In this document: piece after piece, positions 1 to 9,095 of the stretch
Layout of the letters: the number at the start of each line of letters is the position of its first letter
How positions within the stretch are numbered: position 1 is the stretch's first letter
Source: an uncultured Bacillota bacterium
GTDB taxonomy: Bacteria; Bacillota; Clostridia; Christensenellales; UBA1242
NCBI GenBank assembly: GCA_948465545.1
Contig: CAOJXO010000003.1
Location: forward strand, 18,936-82,935
Direction of reading: 5' to 3'
DNA: 64,000 nucleotides
Program-made: the position numbers and the translations under genes
The notes under the pieces: model-generated
What the model was told of the DNA's origin: nothing
The model's input: only the letters and a program-made list of their open reading frames with translations
Databases searched by the model: none

Positions 1-1487
1 TCTTCTTCATCTTTAGAGTTGTAAGCCTCAACAATTTTAAAGCCTTTCACAACGCCATTTGCAAGTTCAGAGAGTTTTAATCCCTTTTTATCCATTAAAT
101 TGCGATATGTAGAAATAAAACCTTCCAACTTCTTGTATATTGCAGGCTCATTTAAGATATCACTACTAAGCAGTGTTTCAAGCATAGACCTATCGCCAGC
201 AAGGGCTTTTATCTTTGAAATTGCGACCTCGCCAATACTACGCTTAGGGAAATTGATTATTCGCTCTAAAGACACATCATCTTTATGGTTAACAAAAAGG
301 CGAAGATAGGCAAGTACATTTCGTATCTCCACACGCTCATAAAATTTAAATCCACCAAAAATTCTATGCGGAATATTGTATGACAAAAACGCCTCTTCTA
401 GGTTACGTGAAAGTGCGTTAAGACGCATAAGTACTGCAATATCCTTATATTCATACCCTTGAGAAATAAGCCTTTCTATATTCTTAGCAACATAAAGGGC
501 TTCATCACGCTCATCATATGCATTATAAAGCACAGGCTTTTCGCCCTCTGGCTTATCCGTCCACATATTTTTATCAAGGCGAGAAGTGTTATTTTTAATC
601 ACATTGTTAGCAATCGTAAGTATGCCAGCAGTAGAACGATAATTCCTTTCAAGTTTAAACACTTTAACATCTTTATAATCTTTCTTAAAATTAAAGATAT
701 TTTGGAAGTTTGCCCCTCTCCAACTATAAATACACTGGTCTTCATCACCAACAACAAACACATTGCCATGCACCCTTGTCAACATTTTAACAAGTTCATA
801 CTGCACACTATTAGTATCTTGAAACTCATCAACAAGCACATATCTAAACCTGTTTGCATAGTAAGCCAAAACTTCGGGAACGCTGGCAAACAGTTCATAG
901 GTTTTTCTAAGCAAATCATCAAAATCTAAGGCGTTATTTTTTCTTAACTTGTCTTCATAACTAAGAATACAAGAGTATATCTTTCGGATATCCTCTTCCT
1001 CTTCATACATTTTTATATACTCGGCTATCCCAAGTGTACCATTTTTAAAGTTTGAAATGTGAAACTGTAAACGTTTCTTAAACTTATCGTCGCTAATTCC
1101 ACGCTCCTCAAGTACATCTTTTATAACCTTATCAATATCCGTATCAGAGTAGATAGTAAAATCCTTAGTGTAACCACCCAGCAAAGAGATGTCACGGCGT
1201 AGCATACGGGCACACATAGAGTGAAATGTGGAAATCCAAATGCTGTCTGCACCGACAATCATTTCTGCAATACGACTTTTCATCTCGCCTGCTGCCTTAT
1301 TTGTGAAAGTAATAGCAAGGATATTAAAAGGATTTACCCCTAATTCTTCAATTAAATATGCCACCCTATGCGTAAGCAGACGGGTTTTGCCACTGCCTGC
1401 ACCAGCAGTAACAAGCACAGCCCCCTCTGTCTGTTTTAAGGCAAGAATTTGCTCCTGATTAAGTGAGTTTATGTCGTACTTTTCCAT
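1..1487 (-). CDS. pcrA: ATP-dependent DNA helicase, PcrA/UvrD family (N-terminal ~495 aa; C-terminus lies beyond the window start)
   Basis: Absent from the ORF track because it runs off the edge. Manual reverse translation from the ATG at 1485-1487 gives MEKYDINSLNQEQILALKQTEGAVLVTAGAGSGKTRLLTHRVAYLIEE (Walker A), then LVDEFQDTNSVQ and VGDEDQCIYSWRGAN helicase motifs. Plus-strand ORFs 100-309, 459-929 and 1228-1458 are antisense shadows. Confidence 0.9.
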   Translation of the reverse strand, partial: MEKYDINSLNQEQILALKQTEGAVLVTAGAGSGKTRLLTHRVAYLIEELGVNPFNILAITFTNKAAGEMKSRIAEMIVGADSIWISTFHSMCARMLRRDISLLGGYTKDFTIYSDTDIDKVIKDVLEERGISDDKFKKRLQFHISNFKNGTLGIAEYIKMYEEEEDIRKIYSCILSYEDKLRKNNALDFDDLLRKTYELFASVPEVLAYYANRFRYVLVDEFQDTNSVQYELVKMLTRVHGNVFVVGDEDQCIYSWRGANFQNIFNFKKDYKDVKVFKLERNYRSTAGILTIANNVIKNNTSRLDKNMWTDKPEGEKPVLYNAYDERDEALYVAKNIERLISQGYEYKDIAVLMRLNALSRNLEEAFLSYNIPHRIFGGFKFYERVEIRNVLAYLRLFVNHKDDVSLERIINFPKRSIGEVAISKIKALAGDRSMLETLLSSDILNEPAIYKKLEGFISTYRNLMDKKGLKLSELANGVVKGFKIVEAYNSKDEE

Positions 1488-1552
1488 ACTCTATATCATA
1501 GCCGAAAGCCTGAAAAAATCAAAACAAATTCACCTAGTTTTCAGAAAAACCG

Positions 1553-1885
1553 TCACACACTTTCACTTAGTGCTCGTTCACTTTCAATCATTTTTCTGAA
1601 TTTGTGATATTTTTCAACAGTGTCAAGCAAATACTTTTCTCTACCCCGCGGATCTAACCTCATCATTAAATTTTCATCCATAAGTTGCTTGATAGGATTC
1701 ATAATATCTTGATCGTCTTCTAAGAGAGATCGTACCTTACTATAGAACAAATCATCACTACTGCTGATGATTTTAATATGCAAATCATTTCCCTCTAAGC
1801 CTAAACCAAAATTATCATTTTGTGATTTATGTATCATTCTGTTCTTTGCTTTTAATGCAAGACTTTTTAACACCTCTCTCTTCAT
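1553..1885 (-). CDS. hypothetical small protein (110 aa)
   Basis: Intact ORF co-oriented with its neighbours, with an upstream AAAGGAGAGG RBS. No family recognised. Confidence 0.5.
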   Translation of the reverse strand: MKREVLKSLALKAKNRMIHKSQNDNFGLGLEGNDLHIKIISSSDDLFYSKVRSLLEDDQDIMNPIKQLMDENLMMRLDPRGREKYLLDTVEKYHKFRKMIESERALSESV

Positions 1886-2081
1886 ATCAACCTCTCCTTT
1901 ATTTTTATTTTTTTTGCAAAATGCAAGAGCAAGTATATCAGCATGTTAAAAAATTACCAAAGAGAATGAGTGTCGGTTTATCGCGTAATACGTCGATTTT
2001 TAGGAAAAAGGCTCACTTGAATAGTGGTGCATATTTTCATATTTACACCCGTCTAAAATAGTAAGCCTTTTTATTTATTTT

Positions 2082-3029
2082 TTATATATAAGCAATCGAA
2101 AATACAAGATAATATAGTGCGGTTAAGGATAACATTTGCCCGCTTTTGATTTTATAATCGACCTCTTCAAGCAGAGAGTAAATCTTTTTAAGTTGCATTT
2201 TTGAGAAGTTGCCAACCTGCTCTCTCTGCTTTAAAATTGCATATTCTTTAACGCCTAAAAGTGAAGCAAGTTCGCCATTTGACATATCCGCAGATATTGC
2301 AATAAAGAAAAGTCTTCTAAAATGATTTGTGATAAGCCCCAATGTGCTTGGGTCTTTTTCCATTTGTGAAAGCAAGTTTAATGCCTTGTCTAGATTTCGT
2401 TTACCAAGAGCCTCAGTAAGTTCAAACACTGCAAACTCAACATTCTTATTGACAACCGTTTCAACAGTCTTTTTAGTAACTAAACTTTCGTGCATATCAT
2501 AGAAAACAAGCTTGTCAATTTCGTTCATAACATTTGTAAGATATCCATTACAGTAATCAAGCAAAACTTCCACTGCTTCCGCACTTATCTGCTTGCCACG
2601 CTTTGCAAGGTCATTTACAACAATGCTTCTTGCAATGGACTTATCCATACGTTTTGCATCCACAAATTCGCAAAGTTTTTGAATAGAAGCAAACTTATTA
2701 TTAAAATCTAAAATCAACAACACCGTGCTCTTACAGGGGTTTTTTAAGTAATTTTCAAGCAAATTCTTGTCATTTTCATTAATTTTTGTGATATTTTTCA
2801 CAATTACAAGCCTTTTGTTACTTCCCATCGGCAAAATCTCACAGGCATTAAGCACCGTTTGCATAGCAAAATTATCATCATCAAATACCGACTTGTTAAA
2901 GTCTTCAAGTTGAAGATCCATCGCTTTTGTAATCATAGACAAAGCCTTGTCAAAAAGATAGTAATCGTCACCGCTTACAAGATAACAAGGTTCAATTCTA
3001 GATTTTAAACGCGTCTTTAATGTTTTCAA
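2082..3029 (-). CDS. holA: DNA polymerase III delta subunit
   Basis: 315 aa. The N-terminus (CYLVSGDDYYL) and overall pattern are typical of HolA. The start overlaps the comEC stop, giving comEC-holA synteny as in Bacillus. Confidence 0.8.
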   Translation of the reverse strand: MKTLKTRLKSRIEPCYLVSGDDYYLFDKALSMITKAMDLQLEDFNKSVFDDDNFAMQTVLNACEILPMGSNKRLVIVKNITKINENDKNLLENYLKNPCKSTVLLILDFNNKFASIQKLCEFVDAKRMDKSIARSIVVNDLAKRGKQISAEAVEVLLDYCNGYLTNVMNEIDKLVFYDMHESLVTKKTVETVVNKNVEFAVFELTEALGKRNLDKALNLLSQMEKDPSTLGLITNHFRRLFFIAISADMSNGELASLLGVKEYAILKQREQVGNFSKMQLKKIYSLLEEVDYKIKSGQMLSLTALYYLVFSIAYI

Positions 3030-5116
3030 TCAATCCTCCAAACTCGGCAACCATTCTCCCCAAAAGTGAGTTTGATGTTACCATCACTTATATATGTAAG
3101 TTCCTCTATACGACCGCCCGATTTATAGTTTGTATACCCGTTCATATAGACAATATCAAAATCCTTGTAATAAAGATACTGGTTTAATTTGTCAATATCA
3201 TTATAACTCACAAACGAGAAACTAGCAACGAAAATTTGCCTTTGGTTAAAATTAATTTCAAATCCTAAAAACACATTTTCAACTTCAACATAATTAACCG
3301 TAAAATCACCTGCTTGAAGATAGGTGTTGGTTGTGACATTATAAATTAGACTTGTCCCCTCTTCGCTTAAAGCAAGTACACGCTTAACATTATATGTGTT
3401 TAAAAATTCAAGATCATATTCGCTAGGCAAGTCTTTCAAAAATAGATAGTCTATATTGCCAATCTTATTGTTGTAGAAAAAATCCTCCAAAGTATCCGTG
3501 TCAATTTCGTTATATAAAAGTGCCTTCTGCCCCGAGTCGGTTGAAAGCATAACCACCTCCATATTATAATCATTAATAGTGGTAACTGCCGCCTCGTTTT
3601 TAGGCGGAACAACATTGATAATAACTGAAACAATTAAAAGCAAACTCATAACACTTGCAGATACAAATTTTAGCGGACGCTTCATCATCACAAATCTACT
3701 TATCAAGAATATAATAAGGAAAAAGAAAATAATAAAAACAATATCATAAGCATAAAGCGAAATCTGTGAAGCAGAAGAAGAAAAGAAGCGTGCAACAGCG
3801 GTGGTAAAGTCAAAAACCAAATCAAACATCAAAAGCACCTTACCTATTGTAGGAATAAGTAGAAGTATTAAAATGGTAACCATAAGAAGCGGATACACTA
3901 TTGAGAATATCGGTACTATAATTAAGTTGGCAAAAAACGATAATAGATTAAAACTATTTAAAAACATCGCCGTAAATGGCAATATCCCAATCTGTGCCGA
4001 AAAGGTAAGTGCAAGGTAGCCCGCAATCTTATCTGGCATCACCTTTTTAAACACCTTCAAAAGTGGTTGATTTAACATAAAAATTGTTGCCACACATGCA
4101 AAACTCATCAAAAATCCAATGTCAAACGCATAAAGCGGCTTGATTAAAATAATAATGAACCCTGCAAGCCCAAGTGCATTTAATGGGTCATATTCCCTTC
4201 CACTAAGTTTCGCCAGCATCATGACTATTGCCATAAGACTGGCTCGCATAACTGATGGTGCAAAACCACACAGGATATTAAAAAGAAGCAATACAATAGA
4301 AGTAATAATTGTTGTGCTAATTCGCCCCAGTTTCAATTTTCGCAAAACAAAATAAATAAGTGCAATCAAAAATCCCACATGCAATCCAGAAACAGTAAGC
4401 ACATGAATGATACCTGAATTTTGATAATCCTCTTTTATTTCTTTATCAATCCCCGACTTGTCGCCAAACAGTACAGCGTAACATATCCCAGCATTATCCT
4501 CTGACATATTCTCACTAAGCATTTCTTTTACTTTAAGCCTAAATGCTTCGTCAAATTTTAGGTGGTTGTCAATCACTTGCACATTGCTTGTAGATGTGCT
4601 TGCTGTATAGCCAATGTTATTGCGAATATAGTAGGAATTAAATGAACCCAAATTGAAAATTTTAGTATTTTCTAAAACTGTGGTAAATGTAAGTTTATCG
4701 CCAGGATTAATTTCACTTTTGTCATCAATTTTGATGCTAAGACGAATATTTTTTGCACTTTCACCATTAATATAAACATCTTCAAGGGTAAGTGTATAAC
4801 TATTATTGTAATAACTGGTAATATCGTCAGTTACTCTGCCGATAACAAAATTTTGGCCTTCATAATATTTAGCCGAAACTTGTAAGTTGCCTAAAAAATA
4901 GAACCCATTACCTATCAAAAAGAACACAAGCACAATAATAAAACTTTTATAACGCTTGCAAGCAAATAAGGTTATTCCATATATTGCAAAAAGACTTACA
5001 ACAATAACTATTGATAAAATATCGCCAGCAAAAAGTTTTCTTGCCATAACAATCCCAAAAAGCAGGGCAAGAAAGGAATAAAATATGTATCTGAAATGAA
5101 AAAACTTCTTTTGCAT
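3026..5116 (-). CDS. comEC: DNA internalisation competence protein ComEC/Rec2 with a degenerate C-terminal domain
   Basis: 696 aa polytopic membrane protein with the competence-domain motif SGIIHVLTVSGLHVGFL. The C-terminal ~190 aa contain no histidine at all. Confidence 0.8.
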   Translation of the reverse strand: MQKKFFHFRYIFYSFLALLFGIVMARKLFAGDILSIVIVVSLFAIYGITLFACKRYKSFIIVLVFFLIGNGFYFLGNLQVSAKYYEGQNFVIGRVTDDITSYYNNSYTLTLEDVYINGESAKNIRLSIKIDDKSEINPGDKLTFTTVLENTKIFNLGSFNSYYIRNNIGYTASTSTSNVQVIDNHLKFDEAFRLKVKEMLSENMSEDNAGICYAVLFGDKSGIDKEIKEDYQNSGIIHVLTVSGLHVGFLIALIYFVLRKLKLGRISTTIITSIVLLLFNILCGFAPSVMRASLMAIVMMLAKLSGREYDPLNALGLAGFIIILIKPLYAFDIGFLMSFACVATIFMLNQPLLKVFKKVMPDKIAGYLALTFSAQIGILPFTAMFLNSFNLLSFFANLIIVPIFSIVYPLLMVTILILLLIPTIGKVLLMFDLVFDFTTAVARFFSSSASQISLYAYDIVFIIFFFLIIFLISRFVMMKRPLKFVSASVMSLLLIVSVIINVVPPKNEAAVTTINDYNMEVVMLSTDSGQKALLYNEIDTDTLEDFFYNNKIGNIDYLFLKDLPSEYDLEFLNTYNVKRVLALSEEGTSLIYNVTTNTYLQAGDFTVNYVEVENVFLGFEINFNQRQIFVASFSFVSYNDIDKLNQYLYYKDFDIVYMNGYTNYKSGGRIEELTYISDGNIKLTFGENGCRVWRID

Positions 5117-5279
5117 GGTAATATAAAACTTTCTGCATATAGTTTAATTGAAAAGCCCACGAAAAACAAAGAATTTTCGCGAATTAATTATTTTAAATTA
5201 AAAAAAAAATATTTTACCAAAAAACTATTGCAAAACAAGGTAATTTATGATAATATAAATATATACATTGGAGGGAACT

Positions 5280-6419
5280 ATGAGCAAAAAACAACAAGAA
5301 AAAATTAACAAAGCAAATCCAACGCTTAAAAATGGAAGCGAACAAAAGATGACAACAATTAAAACAAAACAATACAACAAACTTAGAAGTTTTAGATTTG
5401 CACGTACTTTTATCACAGCCTTAACAGTATTAACAATGTCTGTTTTTGTTGCCGTTGGCACAACTGCCTGTGATGTTCAAAACAACCCAAATCCAGGTCC
5501 TGGCATTGTAGAACCTGACAAACCAAATCCTCCAGACCCAGACCAGCCTGATAAACCAGACCCAGATCAACCCGATAAACCAGATCCAGACCAACCCGAT
5601 AAACCAGATCCAGACCAACCTGATAAACCAAATCCTCCAGACCCAGACCAGCCTGATAAGCCTGATATTGATTATGACAAACTCACCCCAGCAACCCTTA
5701 CTGCAGAGCAAAAAGCAACCATTGTAAACAATGTAACCACTGCCCTTGCAAAGAACATTCAAAGAAATATTGGTAACACTGGTGTTGTAAACAAAGTTGT
5801 TGCTGTTGACTTTGAAGGAAACTATGTAAAATTATTATTAGACTATCACAACAACTCATATGGTGATATGTACGGATTTTACAAGTATGAAATGAAAACC
5901 GAAATGAATTATAAAAACATATTGACCTCTGACATTTCCCCTGTAAGTAGCAACGGAAGAGGCACTCCTCTACTTGACGATTTCTCTCATACAGGCAATG
6001 ATACCCGTGTTAAAGAAGTTATGGCAAAACTCAATCCTAGCCTTAACATTGAGGAATGTGACTTTACAAGCATTGTCAACAATGGCGGTGCTATTGTTCC
6101 AGGAATAGGTGCTACACATGAAATTACAATTTACACACTTGATAATAATGGTATTATAAAAACCATAACAAATGCAAAAAGTGATGCAAATTATACCGAT
6201 CCTATTGGACAAGGAATTATCAATGGCGAACTTGGTAAAACTTATACAGAGCCAACTATTGAAAGTTTTGAACTCGGCGATTATGCACTGTACGATTTCA
6301 ATGGTCTTGAATCAGAGGTGGGGGCTACAGCACAAACTGCAACTTATGCATTCACAGTTGAAGGCAAAACTGCAGAAAGAATTAAAAATGGTAGATATTA
6401 CCAAGAAGAACAAGAATAA
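5280..6419 (+). CDS. membrane-anchored or secreted protein with a Pro/Asp-rich PDPDQPDK repeat linker
   Basis: GGAGGG RBS before the ATG at 5280 (the track ORF starts at a TTG at 5268). It has a basic N-terminus, then a hydrophobic segment ending VAVGTTAC, then the repeat linker and a beta-rich C-terminal domain. Confidence 0.6.
   Translation: MSKKQQEKINKANPTLKNGSEQKMTTIKTKQYNKLRSFRFARTFITALTVLTMSVFVAVGTTACDVQNNPNPGPGIVEPDKPNPPDPDQPDKPDPDQPDKPDPDQPDKPDPDQPDKPNPPDPDQPDKPDIDYDKLTPATLTAEQKATIVNNVTTALAKNIQRNIGNTGVVNKVVAVDFEGNYVKLLLDYHNNSYGDMYGFYKYEMKTEMNYKNILTSDISPVSSNGRGTPLLDDFSHTGNDTRVKEVMAKLNPSLNIEECDFTSIVNNGGAIVPGIGATHEITIYTLDNNGIIKTITNAKSDANYTDPIGQGIINGELGKTYTEPTIESFELGDYALYDFNGLESEVGATAQTATYAFTVEGKTAERIKNGRYYQEEQE
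5514..5666 (+). repeat. in-frame 24-bp tandem repeat (about 6 units) encoding (P-D-K-P-D/N-P-D/P-Q)n
   Basis: Directly visible: cctgataaaccagacccagatcaa and close variants are repeated head to tail. Confidence 0.9.
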
Positions 6420-6430
6420 TATATAAATTA

Positions 6431-6456
6431 AAAAGCGACCTGAGTGTCGCTTTTTT
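6431..6456 (+). terminator. intrinsic terminator
   Basis: Stem gcgac / gtcgc followed by a T6 run, immediately after the stop codon. Confidence 0.7.
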
Positions 6457-6501
6457 ATCATTTTACTTGATTATTATATTAATTTAGGATAAAATATAAC
6501 T

Positions 6502-8451
6502 ATGAAAAAATTTGCAAGAGTGATATGTGCTTTATTTATTTGCATGTTTGCCTTCCTAAGCGTAGGCTGCTTTGGCATTGGCTCAGACTCTGATTTTCAT
6601 GACATGCTTATAGAAATGTATAAAAATGGAGAAATCACACTTGAAGAACTTCAAGAACAACTTAAAAACTCTATGTCTACACCTATGTACGGGACAAAGG
6701 TACTATACCGCCCAGAGCATTATGATTATGATGGAGCAGTAGGCGAAGGTAATGAGGAATATTTCGGTCAATTTGCTTTTGTCATTTTGGATGCATTAAC
6801 TCGAACCTATGGAACTACTTCTTTAACAGATTATTTATCTCAACAACAACTAGATTTAGACTATTATAACAACACAAGCCAAAAATATTATTACGATTCA
6901 ATTCGTTATAATCTCTACTCGCAAGAAGAATATAATACAAAAATTATCTATGAAGAAGATGTAAATGGAAGCATTACTTATAATGGTAAGAAATATTCCG
7001 AGAAATGGAGCGAAAGCGATTTTGCAACAATCTCCATTAACACTGAAAACGCTTGGAATTGGACTTTTGGAGTTATTGCAAATCCTAACGGATATATAAT
7101 CAATGAAGAAAACAATATTTTGGGGACTTTAACACCTAGCATTAACGATATAACAACATCCACAAGATTGATTCAAAACTCTTATTACATCGATGGAAAT
7201 AGCAACGATTATTTTAACAACTTATCTATACATTATACCCAAAACCAAACTCAATATATCCTTTCATATCTGGGTACAGAATCACAGCAAGAAACTGAAA
7301 ACTATTCTGACTACGTAAAAGCCCTTGAATATGTGATTTACTGTATAACAATGGACTTAACCCCTGCAAACATAGATGTTACCATTAATGCTGACGGCAC
7401 ACCTAATGTAAAAATTGGTAACTTTGCAGATGTTGACTCCGCACTCACCTACATTAAAGAAGTGTTTGACAAAATTGGTACTTATGTTGGTGTGTCTACC
7501 GCTAAGGCTGAGCGAATTAAAGAATACATCCTAACAAATGTTATCGGTGCAAATGCATTAAACAACGATTCTGTTTCAATCACAAAATATGACACTGTGA
7601 AAGTATATCAAAATTCTGACGGCACTCAGCATACTGAAATTGTTGGTTCAACCATTTCAGAGCCTCCACTGCCTATCCATAGGGATTACGAAGGTGTGCT
7701 TAACAACATTTTCGATGCTATTTATAAAGACGTTCATATTGGAAGTGAAAGCGACGATACAATCAACAACCGCTACCCTGCTTCTGAAATTATTGATTAT
7801 TACGGAAACAATTTCTTCATATCTGCTGATAAAGAGTTTGCAAATATCAAGCCTCTTGAATATCAAAGTGCTGTACTGATGTTTAGTGAAGATGTTACCA
7901 TTGACAACCTTATGCTTCACTTTAAATATGATGCAGGGCTTGATGGCGACGACAATTATGACCCTAACGCATCAATCACAATCAATGTCTATGTAAACTT
8001 CTACGATCACAGTGAAAAGCGATATTATGAAAAATTGGTAAAGGAAACCATTGTTGTTAAAGATGGGCCTTTCGATTTTGGTAATGAAAATAATACCATG
8101 TGCTTATTCGGAATTGCACCTGTCAGAGGCGATGGTATTGAAATTGAAGCTTTTGAACCTGAAATAGGCAATGGCGTTATGAAAACAATGGAATATGATG
8201 GGCTCACAAGCATAAGTGACCCTATCCGCTTAATCGGTACTACCCAACTTAAAAACTACTACCAAATTGTAGAACCTAAGGAATCCACCCTCGACCAAAA
8301 TGTTTATTATAGTTACGGCATTCTTAATCCACTTCAATTTGCTGGCACTGACGGCTGTGACTATCTTGAAATTGCCTATGAAGTTATTAAAACTACTGGC
8401 GATGTTGATACAAACTACAAATTCTATACAGGTTTAGGTACGGTGGCATAA
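6502..8451 (+). CDS. lipoprotein of unknown function (649 aa)
   Basis: Signal peptide MKKFARVICALFICMFAFLSVGC with a classic L-S-V-G-C lipobox. The protein is Asn/Tyr/Thr-rich. No family recognised. Confidence 0.65.
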   Translation: MKKFARVICALFICMFAFLSVGCFGIGSDSDFHDMLIEMYKNGEITLEELQEQLKNSMSTPMYGTKVLYRPEHYDYDGAVGEGNEEYFGQFAFVILDALTRTYGTTSLTDYLSQQQLDLDYYNNTSQKYYYDSIRYNLYSQEEYNTKIIYEEDVNGSITYNGKKYSEKWSESDFATISINTENAWNWTFGVIANPNGYIINEENNILGTLTPSINDITTSTRLIQNSYYIDGNSNDYFNNLSIHYTQNQTQYILSYLGTESQQETENYSDYVKALEYVIYCITMDLTPANIDVTINADGTPNVKIGNFADVDSALTYIKEVFDKIGTYVGVSTAKAERIKEYILTNVIGANALNNDSVSITKYDTVKVYQNSDGTQHTEIVGSTISEPPLPIHRDYEGVLNNIFDAIYKDVHIGSESDDTINNRYPASEIIDYYGNNFFISADKEFANIKPLEYQSAVLMFSEDVTIDNLMLHFKYDAGLDGDDNYDPNASITINVYVNFYDHSEKRYYEKLVKETIVVKDGPFDFGNENNTMCLFGIAPVRGDGIEIEAFEPEIGNGVMKTMEYDGLTSISDPIRLIGTTQLKNYYQIVEPKESTLDQNVYYSYGILNPLQFAGTDGCDYLEIAYEVIKTTGDVDTNYKFYTGLGTVA

Positions 8452-8454
8452 TAA

Positions 8455-8488
8455 AAAAAGAAGAGGCAAAATCGCCCCTTCTTTTTTA
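8455..8488. terminator. bidirectional hairpin terminator between convergent genes
   Basis: aaaaaagaagaggc-aaaatc-gccccttctttttt, with A/T runs on both sides. Confidence 0.6.
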
Positions 8489-8761
8489 TTTTTTATCCTC
8501 GTTTTTACTATCATCTTCGATTGGTAATTCTTCACTTTCTTGCTGTTTCTCAGTTTCTTGAGTTTCCTCTTCCTGCTTGTCACCACTAGGCATTGTTACC
8601 ACCCCTAGCACAACAAGCACCCCTGCAACCGCCATTATAACGCCAGAAACAATCTGGTCGTCAATGGTGAAGCCGAAACATTTGCCAAGAGATTGCAAAA
8701 GCACAACCACCGCTCCAGATAATGCAGTCCAAAAACCATAGGATTTAAATCTGTTTTTCAT
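8486..8761 (-). CDS. phage holin (phi-LC3-like pattern)
   Basis: 91 aa. KSYGFWTALSGAVVVLLQSLGKCFGFTIDDQIVSGVIMAVAGVLVVLGVV gives two TM segments followed by an acidic tail. From memory this matches the phi LC3 holin family layout. Confidence 0.65.
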   Translation of the reverse strand: MKNRFKSYGFWTALSGAVVVLLQSLGKCFGFTIDDQIVSGVIMAVAGVLVVLGVVTMPSGDKQEEETQETEKQQESEELPIEDDSKNEDKK

Positions 8762-8978
8762 GGTTATCCTCCTTTAAGATATGTTCTTTAAGTTCAGTAA
8801 CCTCTTCTTTAACATCTTCAATTATCTGCAAATGTTCTGTGAGATTTTCAATAGTATCTTGATAAGCCTTTTCGCGTTTAGCACTATCTTTAAGTTGATA
8901 GAAGAAAAGAAAAACAAATAGTGTGGCAAAGACACCATTACTTACAACCACACTGATTATTTCATTCCAAAATTCCAT
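8745..8978 (-). CDS. BhlA/UviB-family holin-like protein
   Basis: 77 aa with a single N-terminal TM (VVSNGVFATLFVFLFFYQL) followed by KDSAKREKAY and a coiled-coil tail, as in BhlA/UviB. It overlaps the downstream holin start by 17 nt. Confidence 0.55.
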   Translation of the reverse strand: MEFWNEIISVVVSNGVFATLFVFLFFYQLKDSAKREKAYQDTIENLTEHLQIIEDVKEEVTELKEHILKEDNHEKQI

Positions 8979-9030
8979 ACTTAGCCTTATTCACCGAATT
9001 CACTTCTTCGTTTAAGATTGATTTCTTCAT
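8962..9030 (-). CDS. possible 22-aa leader ORF (MKKSILNEEVNSVNKAKYGILE) overlapping the bhlA-like start
   Basis: Very strong RBS AAAGAGGAGAAAATT-ATG. Its stop overlaps the BhlA-like ATG region. Too short for the ORF track. Confidence 0.3.
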   Translation of the reverse strand: MKKSILNEEVNSVNKAKYGILE

Positions 9031-9095
9031 AATTTTCTCCTCTTTAATCAAAACTGTTCTGTTTATAAATTTAATATGATTAAGATTGAAAACTA

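Noticed and set aside
100-1458. Plus-strand ORFs 100-309, 459-929 and 1228-1458
   Set aside because: They lie antisense to a continuous minus-strand PcrA/UvrD reading frame with clear helicase motifs. Their low-complexity, Ile/Phe/Lys-rich translations are typical of shadow ORFs.
1886-2081. Possible structured RNA in the 195-bp spacer downstream of holA
   Set aside because: There is only one imperfect long-range pairing (aaaaggcttac / gtgagcctttt), most simply the holA terminator. I recognised no riboswitch consensus.
5413-5762. Minus-strand ORFs 5413-5631 and 5430-5762
   Set aside because: They lie antisense to the PDPDQPDK tandem repeat, which lacks stops in several frames. There are no start signals.
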